From NCBI GenBank assembly GCA_027310535.1, contig DAIDAQ010000007.1, positions 1 through 47,547 of the forward strand: DNA of 47,547 bases, given 5' to 3'. How positions within the stretch are numbered: position 1 is the first letter of the stretch; each line of letters opens with the position of its first letter. Made by a program: the position numbers and the translations under genes. The notes below the pieces were generated by a model, which saw only the letters and a list, made by a program, of their open reading frames with translations, had not been told where the DNA came from and did not search any database. Source of the DNA: Candidatus Micrarchaeaceae archaeon (GTDB lineage: Archaea > Micrarchaeota > Micrarchaeia > Micrarchaeales > Micrarchaeaceae). Of this stretch, positions 42,701 to 47,547 are shown piece after piece.

Positions 42701-45540
42701 TGCTGAACTACACAAACCCTTCCGGGCTGGCAGATGCGGGCTTTGCCTGCTATCTGGCCCCGCGCAGTACTGGCACAGACATAGACAGCTTCTACAGCAA
42801 GCTTCAACAATTAAACGGCCCATGCACGATTGCCAGGCCATTGAGCCCTGCATGGCAGGCCATCACCGCAATGGAAAGCCCGGTGCTAGGCGTGCCTGAT
42901 GCCATAGGGTACGTGGAGAGCCAGGGCTCGCCGCAGCTCGACCTTACCCTGCCTAGCGCTGGCTCGTCTGTGGCCATCGCCGCCAACCAGAACTTCCAGC
43001 AGAACACCCAGAGCGCGGAAAACCTCCTGAGCCAGGGTTCACTGCCCGAATCTGCCCCTGCCGCACAAGCGCCGTCGGTGCCGCAGGAATACATAGAGAG
43101 CAAGGTTGGAGGATCTGTGCTTGTGCCTTACGTAATCACATACACAGAAACGCAGACAGCGATCGTAACCAACAGAGGGTTTACCAAGACCCCGATCTGG
43201 TCCAGCGACCTCGATTCGGTGGTGGACCTAAGCTCATGCAAGGCTACGTCCTACATATCGCAGGCCACCTGCGACAACGGTTGCACCTTCACTCAATACG
43301 CTTATTCGACCGCTGCCGCCTCGCCGAGCACGTTCAATGCAGTCATCGAGGGAGGGCCAACCTACCTTGTCTACAACAACACCAACTTCAACCAGTTCTA
43401 CCAGCCCGACATATCTGACTCGCGTGCAATACTGCCCCCCTCCATTGACTACAAGGTGCTGACGAACAGGCTCTTCGGCGAGATATATGTAAACCAAAGC
43501 ATAATGCCAAACCCGCTCGCAAAGCTCGACTCTGCCAAGATAACCGATGTGCAGGACCTGGTGAGCAAGCTTTCATCCCTTGTTTCCCCCGGTATACAGC
43601 TTCCAATAATGCTTTCGCTCAACCAGACCCACCTGTATGACTACCTGCCCGTGTTCTATTACCAGGTCTATCCGAACGGCGGCGCGAGCAGCTCCTATGG
43701 CCTTGCCGTGCCGGCCTACGTATCAGTGATTGCCATCCTACGTCAGTACACCGGCTTCTCGTCAGGCTTTGTGCAGTCTGTAGCGCAGAAAGGGGCCCAG
43801 CAGGCCGTAACGGATCTGGCAACCAGCTACCAGGGCCCGGCCTCATTCCTGAAGGCCGCAGCAGAGGCGGCGCCGTTCTACTACAGTCTGGCTTACATCG
43901 TCGGCGACGCGTCGCTCTCCGGCGCTTATCCTGGCGCTTCGTCAAACGCAGCCATGGTTGCAGGCTACACGCTGCTTGGGCTGCTGCCGCAGACCCTGTG
44001 GTGCAAAGGCAGCCAGCCTGGCGGTATGGCAGCAGCCCTTGTTAAGCTGGGCAGCGGCGACTTGTACACGCTTCTTTCAAAGCTTTCAGGCACAGACCCG
44101 TTTGCCATCTGCAACAACCAGCTTTCGTACTACGATAACACAATTCCAGGCACCCCTTCTTTGCTGCAGCTCTATGATACATACAGGCAGGAGAGCCGCA
44201 ACTATGCGCTCAGGCTGGGCTGGCGCAACAGCAACGCCGCCCTGGGCTATAACAGGCTGCTCTACACTTTTGTTGACATATTCAACAACACGATAACAGC
44301 CCCGCTGGATGTCGACCTCGCGAACCAGACAATAATATCGCTCACCACAAATACAGACGTTTTGGAGAACAACCCAAACGAGACGACAGTTACGGTAAGC
44401 GGCGTCGCAGGCTATTACCAGGACAGCATCGGCGGGGCGTTCATGCCGCTCCCCTCAGGCTCTCCGATATACCTCTACTATGACCAGAACCTGAATTACT
44501 ACACAAGCAACACCGAGATGAGCCCGATCGCGCTGATGGGTGTTAGCGGCATAACCTCCTTGCAGGACTCGCCGTACGGCAAATACATAGACTACGTCCA
44601 GCTCTGCGCCTTCGGCAAAGGCAGCGACTGCAGGCTCGCCAACCCGGTCAACGGCACCCAGGCCGTCCAAACCCTCCAAAAAGGCATAGCAGGCCCGCTC
44701 AACACGTACGCCTCCATACCAACATATCAGTCTCCCGCGGCAGTGAATGGCTGCCCGGCACCATCGCAAGGATTGCTCAACACCAACTCAATAAACGCGC
44801 TTTATGAGTGCAACATCTATGGCTCGTATGGCCTTCCTGCCACCTGCGCCCAAGTGCTGAAATTAGGCGCGCCTCCGCTGAGCGAGCTCCAGAAATGTGC
44901 GCAGACCGCGGCAACAGACGTCCTGCACCGCCAGACCCCGCAGTGCGCGCTTGCGAATGATTACTCGATATGCTTCAACGCTTACACCAACCCACAGAAC
45001 ATCGGGTCGCTCGGCCAGTTGCCATACTGCGTGCCTGTCTTCGCAAACGGCACAGGCACATTCACGCCGCAGATCGGGCTCCTGCCAAGCTCTGACAAGG
45101 GAGCCTCCATACAGACCATAGGGGACCTGATCACAAAGGGCGGCACCGCCCTGACTGACAGCAACGGCAACTTCAACTACCAGTTCAGCGTCTGCGGAAC
45201 CGGGACCGGGAAGATTACAGCATCCTACTACGGGGCCCCGTTCCCGCAGCCGGCAAACGTGCTGCAGTCATCTCTTCCCCTATCAAACATACCGAACGCA
45301 GGGCTGCAGAGCTCGCAGCAGCAGAACTACGGCGAGTACTGGTTTTCGTATTCGCCGGCAAATGCAACTACGTCATTCGTGGTCGGGAGCTATGCGCTAA
45401 GCTTCGGTGCGACAGACGCGCTGCTAGTGCTTGCCGCAATCGGCGCTACCGCAGCTGTCCTCGTGCTCCGCAGAGGCTCTAAGAGGGTGGGCAAGAGGAA
45501 GCCTGCGGTAAGGAGGCGTAGTACGGTTCTGCATAGATAG
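33712..45540 (+). CDS. Giant (3,942 aa) secreted, C-terminally membrane-anchored surface protein of unknown family
   Basis: Uninterrupted 11.8-kb ORF. Signal-like N-terminus MKQINAGALVVATLLLTIMLGATASQ and a C-terminal TM helix LLVLAAIGATAAVLVL with basic tail RRGSKRVGKRKPAVRRRSTVLHR. Internal repeat modules, a Thr-rich linker and many N-x-S/T sequons. Confidence 0.85.
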   Translation: MKQINAGALVVATLLLTIMLGATASQSPPILDKSGSGLNSNGNSARATACVSVNLSFLKNIPGWVTSLIKGLSLDPSALFKKLSDEVSKLTSDVWGDITKVANKIASGAADVIKVINDLISGNISDEMSTIIDDLVGYLSDAVQAAFSKLISSLPGLLNKLADSIFSLIDNAIQSMANLVNELSVPSIPSSLFSSIQSSFLSALQDLGSFFDTIISDISSFISNIDISIPGLFGSSNTVAASSNGIAVAANLILDGIKKSCKTIPPAIFNQFIKDTNNLANDGSATYRYANDIVVRISNIRKDSAAIVNMVDNVGNVIGPGNVIGEETLGISKSGFNENAYVGYANKGSGILNGIYLSAKQSQTGSLCVGLGITSSYIDAIAAKVNDINAQVGAIDADVQALIGANGMGYKFDADIQAYSKDLALAPIKSCAVIKNPTADLVAAVAAVTYLGTREPQVKDALNSMGKFNDKLKADYNKMSKDISKVTKIAANPLSLVKQLNNLNPLGGVTVNPQDINAIKSGYELAMRPTNDLINIALGNLTKVDNIMANVVKFNGRVQAASANVIKVLGKIDKNVISEIGSTASPTFCSAVSNAADKGEAYCNAIRSAAYITGNIDTELAFITQNVADIPNSVAMLRYSVYALQGSLLSTRANIIRVDSDLSNIASVLSQNGGKLTCSVQAKIGGNLADIGTGLQSVVQDAENVYTATEGTIALIELSAESIKTDIVMIIETIKIIIADIKAIALVFYYASQGVGSSATPLPKFGACIGVGATVVTTNYPNAGNGCVISLSAVYDAQTNQVAIQADLIVVLQRLFDPSQISSQLKTNVQDAVAADLTSAIKVQATVDIGKNVQVGVGAALQGAFTESAWSGMWSNIYSASKAGVNSALNAGINQQTWTAYASGTDTGAEAIVQGAILSAIQAGVQASIDAQVSGSLSGGIVAGIKSQIAPGIQNAYSTGESASIKESVKAGIWGAIQEDVKAAVKSALDSGFGTQVVQTELAQNVYNNIYSSLQNDIRNGIQDTIQVRIQAQIQTDIVESTWESIRTQVMTAVQSALSQGLPATLWNSIWTNIGASIPGDVNAIYASVWQNVIYGTGDVEDRIGFGVLSALQTTVRQNFYSSIEAGIVASSESALSQSIDSAIYAIIKNGVQGGIQAQLTVSFSNNLWAGLKGSVAEAVRTTIEKDFATNFATAIKKVAKNCLLSTGISVLSGKLAGAPSTTTRPYPLLTLPPKPAPDNYTISSSLPRKINATSPAFAPLRLASIGGLVGQYGGAALSAIKNMVATATPPISVIQQYNQQNSGTLLTCPNKPSANPFDYFQSSPNSKIAGDACLATSQQLRTIVGITVTSTFGTGLRIGGQETFLSDLAQLVKEGLTADVTLARTTPATISSVRFTIGLDLSSLGVLVGKLKINIPQGAIQNIENTLMAGPAAIVSIQNLGYSGMVQIGSTGDYEISSSYNTNTLIFQTPPPAVQRGLWTWTAQYADLSQVKPNQITAATSGPQRASLIELKGATNLVKDALSIVTGGAVPPSYGLYFCSYDYDYSWKVSVDSIDAGNIPIPTSISWQNGGNLDIARDFNDAYAVQYRQPQITGWAAAPVFPYLLYNVTLPASYSNLNSQINYLNESYDIYSPHNFLEPNAFLEPVPITAGSAFLANIGGVLEEFPYNSVSLSATSTNTFNSVVPLQMFIASAYGKTAAEAMQNYPAITGGSIAQPSGGADCINNGAAFGPYYYKDLFNPRVVNCRTKVDPVSLTAQTSGGSPGAECYFYEYTGGFFKFNFGRPYVYYCKFPLPYSNNLGGGTGSGPGGICTYADVVTGACTRGAVQTGNLISVPITNPVYVYAAPNGYVYVLNYSYSGGTLGFNPTTKANLYVLKFAPFGSFNIPGRLPQAIIAGTKPITDLTISGRKQLDFNQIGTTFNARWSGGTAPFEIKWYTGTNPDCTSPTGQKTLVQDDTGIGINEDLLKVFVPNTQWTSVGTYYYCVAVADSFGSTLQAVGVEITVNPSLTAVAAYMPNRQQIDANTQPDITSQMGAGNAVIIGNDQSPSVRVTWSGGTPPYTGTVYVLPMGLEGNSDLSVLLTRRALRTVPFNLRGNCNNYQSPNYGWYSTSSTGFEGDLNSGRIPAVQRMFGEPSGDIAFLCFVVSDSAGWSNASVLKDSSSGFWEPYLVLDIIGKKKPNEEIPEAPVFEAICPKQSPGACTAYPSTTITSYNLLASLQSGNSVLLSVKNAAGPSVKYGWYKTGSPINDCSGYKSFAQLAVSDPATTQSTTDAPSATAYYCAVSTNSISGAIGVSLPGEVYVNGVISDVRLSNAPAWGTTQTYDQLINNPEAYFKVDWLGASVADGAEIIAYNSVSQGQTCTGTVVPVVNEKENPTEGSQSAQSFGLPSGLPNLGASSELIELPGAGLQNLCVTVTDPKGSSASSPYLSVASSLGGLQISVPPGQSVSSEGNIDVQLSWTGGTQPFSYKVYSTYNGISPEVCDTNSDNAEQITIQSQGALSSSGGGYTETLSIPYVDSQPVCAEVDGTGAGIVSQYTALPAGLSVSQTTTSTTTSSTVTTVPTVRPRGLPIPPGIAAGQAQQEASASSARNATLAPLQFAASQAQQQVIDQWNSNWKQYWSDKLAEQSGDLYLVGDITLAQQSSSFFGLFSNFKQGMFNFLPTSLTTDLSGDLFILGKAQSGAIVSGILYSNGVATTLPIQVPNTRIIAPSSEFAVSPGGQIGYMADPVVPGNVMMFNMQNGRFTGNISLSYSNENYNLDIARYLSNGGPYGINDVSAAYSGAATANDVNANHEPLYITEYGGVLYVVDRWSFDAGKGPSAMLLLRAFYGNGTEVQIDPASSNDIAFAPSAGPAAPLAAPSGRLAYPPYGWPLAFNISLGNGQYNTGCIAGCDETPVVLKGGIYTNTNYKPLGPWIQASYACNLLGSIGTFLESALDTVLGIYAGNACGYNNVNTAMSFSSAFDGTGYITANVVSHQLSGQVDGSYNELLSFKLSVLNYTNPSGLADAGFACYLAPRSTGTDIDSFYSKLQQLNGPCTIARPLSPAWQAITAMESPVLGVPDAIGYVESQGSPQLDLTLPSAGSSVAIAANQNFQQNTQSAENLLSQGSLPESAPAAQAPSVPQEYIESKVGGSVLVPYVITYTETQTAIVTNRGFTKTPIWSSDLDSVVDLSSCKATSYISQATCDNGCTFTQYAYSTAAASPSTFNAVIEGGPTYLVYNNTNFNQFYQPDISDSRAILPPSIDYKVLTNRLFGEIYVNQSIMPNPLAKLDSAKITDVQDLVSKLSSLVSPGIQLPIMLSLNQTHLYDYLPVFYYQVYPNGGASSSYGLAVPAYVSVIAILRQYTGFSSGFVQSVAQKGAQQAVTDLATSYQGPASFLKAAAEAAPFYYSLAYIVGDASLSGAYPGASSNAAMVAGYTLLGLLPQTLWCKGSQPGGMAAALVKLGSGDLYTLLSKLSGTDPFAICNNQLSYYDNTIPGTPSLLQLYDTYRQESRNYALRLGWRNSNAALGYNRLLYTFVDIFNNTITAPLDVDLANQTIISLTTNTDVLENNPNETTVTVSGVAGYYQDSIGGAFMPLPSGSPIYLYYDQNLNYYTSNTEMSPIALMGVSGITSLQDSPYGKYIDYVQLCAFGKGSDCRLANPVNGTQAVQTLQKGIAGPLNTYASIPTYQSPAAVNGCPAPSQGLLNTNSINALYECNIYGSYGLPATCAQVLKLGAPPLSELQKCAQTAATDVLHRQTPQCALANDYSICFNAYTNPQNIGSLGQLPYCVPVFANGTGTFTPQIGLLPSSDKGASIQTIGDLITKGGTALTDSNGNFNYQFSVCGTGTGKITASYYGAPFPQPANVLQSSLPLSNIPNAGLQSSQQQNYGEYWFSYSPANATTSFVVGSYALSFGATDALLVLAAIGATAAVLVLRRGSKRVGKRKPAVRRRSTVLHR

Positions 45541-45586
45541 AGCTTTATAGGTTAAAACAGATTAACCATTGGATACAGTGTTTGGA

Positions 45587-45727
45587 ATGCTGTTGCTTTT
45601 CGTGCTGCTGAGCTTCAATGCAATCTACACTCTGATACCCATCATCGTCATCGTGATCCTCATAGCAGCTGCGGCAGGGCTGATGCGCGGCATGAACGTT
45701 TTAGCTTCTTCGGGTTCGGGACCGTGA
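45587..45727 (+). CDS. Small hydrophobic ORF (46 aa); possibly the frameshifted N-terminus of the next gene
   Basis: Hand translation: MLLLFVLLSFNAIYTLIPIIVIVILIAAAAGLMRGMNVLASSGSGP. Its TGA overlaps the GTG of the next ORF (GTGA). The next ORF's frame is open upstream back through FSFFGFGT. Confidence 0.35.
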   Translation: MLLLFVLLSFNAIYTLIPIIVIVILIAAAAGLMRGMNVLASSGSGP

Positions 45728-47241
45728 TCGGCCTCGCAAGGGGAACTACATCGGGTAAGGCGAAAGGCCTATCTGGCGGAGCCCATGTCGGCAAGACCGC
45801 AGGTGCAAGGTTCCAGAGGCAGACATTGCGAAGGGGTAAGGAGCTGTTCAAGGGCCGGAAGAGCGGACTTAAGGCAATATTCAGCGTCGTAGGCATCGGT
45901 GCCACAGGGGCGCTCGGTTCAGCAATTGCGCATTCGGGCGCCGCTACCGCGGCTACAGGCCTGTTCGGCGCAACGGCCACAAAAAACGCAGTGCCGCTCG
46001 AATCTTCGCTCTCTGCTAAGGAACGCGAGCGAAAGTTCGGCAGGATGAGGCAGATCCAAAGGAGGCTGGGCGAGCTTGAGGAAGCGGAAAAGAGCCAAAA
46101 GGACGTGGCAAAACTGGAAAAGATGGGGGTAAGGGGCTACAAGGCAAGCCAGCCAGTATCCGGGGTAGGCAGCATTGTCAAATTTTCCTTTTCGAATATG
46201 GCATTCTACCGCCGCGACAAGAGCGGAATATATAGGTTCATGCCCATCCTTGGTCCAATACCATTTATCGGCAAGTACTTCAAAGCAGGGAGGGAGGCCG
46301 TGCTTTCTGAGAAGGACAAGCTTCTAAAAGAGCGCGATAAGCTGCGCAATGAGCTCAACAAGGCCAGCGGTGCGGCGCAGAACAGGACAATTTACCTCAA
46401 AGCTGTTGCCGAGAAGGCAGGTATAAAGAGGAAAGACTTCGCCAAGGAGATCAAAAAGCCAGGAATGGAGAAGGCGCTAGAAGCCTATGATAAGTACGGA
46501 AGCGCCGCTGCCGCTTTCAGATATCTACCATCGGCACTAAAAGAAGGCCTGAGCGCGGCAAGGAATGAGTACCTGGAGGAGCGCGCCAGGCGCGAAGCAA
46601 GGAGGGCAGCAGCCATTCCCCCCGTGCGGCATCCCGTGCCGCTGCCCCTGCAGTATCCCGTGCCGCATCCCGTGCGGCATCCCATGCCGCATACCAGGCA
46701 GCATCCCGTGCCGCATCCCGTGCAGCATCCCATGCCGCATACCAGGCAGCATCCCATGCCGCATACCAGGCAGCATCCCATGCCGCATACCAGGCAGCAT
46801 CCCGTGCGGCATCCCGTGCCGCTGCCCCTGCAGCATCCCATGCCGCATCCCGTGCCGCTGTCCTCCGAGGAACAATCTAGCACACTCACAGAGAAAGAGG
46901 GCAGGCTGCTGAAGGGGGTCATGGACGCCTACCTAGCGAAGCAGGGTGCGGAAGCTAACTATGCCGAGCGCAAGGCAGAGCCGCGGCATTTTATACGGAT
47001 GTGGGAGGCCCACTACAGCGTAAAGGCCGCGCGGGCAGGGTACAAGGAGCAGTTCAAGTATGCAAACAGTGTTTTGAAGTACTCCCACGATCCAGAGCTG
47101 AGAGGCACGGTCGTCGATTTTGAGACAGGCCCGAAACTCCTGCACAAGCGCCAGGAGAGACCTGGTGGCAGGTTCAGCCGCATGGTCGACGGGATAAGGC
47201 TTAATTTCATAGAACAGGCTCACAAGAAGAAGAAAGGGTGA
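45724..47241 (+). CDS. Uncharacterised 505-aa protein: Gly/Ala-rich hydrophobic N-terminal part, Lys/Glu/Arg-rich probable coiled-coil middle, His/Pro tandem repeats, basic C-terminal domain
   Basis: Long ORF directly downstream of the giant gene on the same strand. No family recognised. Confidence 0.6.
   Translation: MIGLARGTTSGKAKGLSGGAHVGKTAGARFQRQTLRRGKELFKGRKSGLKAIFSVVGIGATGALGSAIAHSGAATAATGLFGATATKNAVPLESSLSAKERERKFGRMRQIQRRLGELEEAEKSQKDVAKLEKMGVRGYKASQPVSGVGSIVKFSFSNMAFYRRDKSGIYRFMPILGPIPFIGKYFKAGREAVLSEKDKLLKERDKLRNELNKASGAAQNRTIYLKAVAEKAGIKRKDFAKEIKKPGMEKALEAYDKYGSAAAAFRYLPSALKEGLSAARNEYLEERARREARRAAAIPPVRHPVPLPLQYPVPHPVRHPMPHTRQHPVPHPVQHPMPHTRQHPMPHTRQHPMPHTRQHPVRHPVPLPLQHPMPHPVPLSSEEQSSTLTEKEGRLLKGVMDAYLAKQGAEANYAERKAEPRHFIRMWEAHYSVKAARAGYKEQFKYANSVLKYSHDPELRGTVVDFETGPKLLHKRQERPGGRFSRMVDGIRLNFIEQAHKKKKG
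46621..46860 (+). repeat. In-frame 12/24-nt minisatellite encoding H-P-[VM]-[PR] / HPMPHTRQ repeats
   Basis: The 24-nt unit CATCCCATGCCGCATACCAGGCAG occurs at 46678-46701 and three times in perfect tandem at 46726-46797. Identical 33-nt flanks CCCGTGCGGCATCCCGTGCCGCTGCCCCTGCAG lie at 46621-46653 and 46801-46833. Confidence 0.9.
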
Positions 47242-47245
47242 TCCT

Positions 47246-47547
47246 ATGAGTATAGACGAGATGGTGGATGCCCATTTCGGGATGATAAGCAAGTCCCAGG
47301 CGGCAGGCGCCATTTTGCCAGTGGCTGCCCCACAAATGGGAGAGGCAGGGCGGGGTGGTGCTAGCGTGCATGCCCTACTCGAGTTCATCGACGCAAGCAA
47401 AGAAGGGAGAGCGCAGCAATACACAATAAATGTCGAGGACCGCGTCTACAGGGTATTTAATCCCTTAAGGGAGAGCGGGAAAGCCCTGTATAGGACACTT
47501 GTGCTCGGCAGTGAGGGAGGCACAGTGCAGGTGAGGTTATACAGAGG
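47246..47547 (+). CDS. 5' part of an ORF running off the window; possible OB-fold (RPA-like) nucleic-acid-binding protein
   Basis: ATG at 47246 is 5 nt after the previous stop. INVEDRVYRVFNPLRESGKALYRTLVLGSEGGTVQVRLY resembles the OB-fold strand pattern of archaeal RPA/OB proteins. Open to the window end. Confidence 0.35.
   Translation, partial: MSIDEMVDAHFGMISKSQAAGAILPVAAPQMGEAGRGGASVHALLEFIDASKEGRAQQYTINVEDRVYRVFNPLRESGKALYRTLVLGSEGGTVQVRLYR

Noticed and set aside
34122-45176. Dozens of 60-180-aa ORFs on both strands inside the giant gene.
   Set aside because: All are nested within one continuous 3,942-codon frame, and none has an independent motif. They are expected by-products of a long, moderately GC-rich ORF.
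45391-45540. Possible PGF-CTERM/archaeosortase sorting signal at the end of the giant protein.
   Set aside because: There is no PGF-like tripeptide before the helix, and the basic tail is much longer than in PGF-CTERM signals. It is treated as a plain C-terminal TM anchor.
46485-46922. Minus-strand 145-aa ORF with striking Cys/Gly repeats (CGMGCCLVCGMGCC…) resembling a metallothionein. Another plus-frame ORF reads IPCRIPCG.
   Set aside because: Both are frame and strand mirrors of the 12-nt periodic His/Pro repeat. Only the 505-aa plus-strand frame continues as a long ORF on both sides of the repeat.
1-47547. Looked for CRISPR arrays, rRNA genes, C/D-box sRNAs (RUGAUGA…CUGA) and additional tRNAs.
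   Set aside because: No regularly spaced direct repeats and no rRNA-like sequence were seen. The UGAUGA strings found (for example at 2417, 22553 and 25087) lie in coding sequence without matching D boxes. Only the one tRNA could be folded.

Overview
This is an archaeal chromosomal segment. The evidence is archaeal-type ribosomal proteins (S4e, L19e, L32e), an RNase P Rpp29 gene, rpoH with split rpoB''/rpoB', TATA-box promoters 25-35 nt upstream of starts, and many 4-nt gene overlaps. Lineage cannot be fixed from sequence alone. The small, fragmented operons and one giant surface protein fit a small-genome or episymbiotic archaeon (inference).

Left to right, the window holds:
- an aminotransferase and a VapBC pair;
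- a transposase fragment;
- a base-excision-repair cluster (two Nth paralogues plus EndoQ);
- a peroxiredoxin and a ZIP transporter;
- a truncated ribosomal-protein operon (Rpp29, then S17 through S5; minus strand);
- a DUF373 membrane protein, orphan genes and a divergent DAC-like protein;
- glutamate dehydrogenase and a DUF192 protein;
- an IS-decapitated pseudogene;
- rpoH, rpoB'', rpoB' and an unsplit rpoA, followed by an Sm protein;
- a decayed surface-protein gene;
- tRNA-Ala flanked by remnants of an integrated element;
- a small YHS/TRASH and Met-rich metal-handling islet whose two promoters share a perfect 19-nt element;
- an ABC transporter, an orphan EncFtn-type ferritin and pdaD.

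The most striking feature is an 11.8-kb gene for a 3,942-aa membrane-anchored surface protein. Two uncharacterised downstream genes follow it, one carrying a His/Pro minisatellite. No CRISPR array or rRNA gene was seen.
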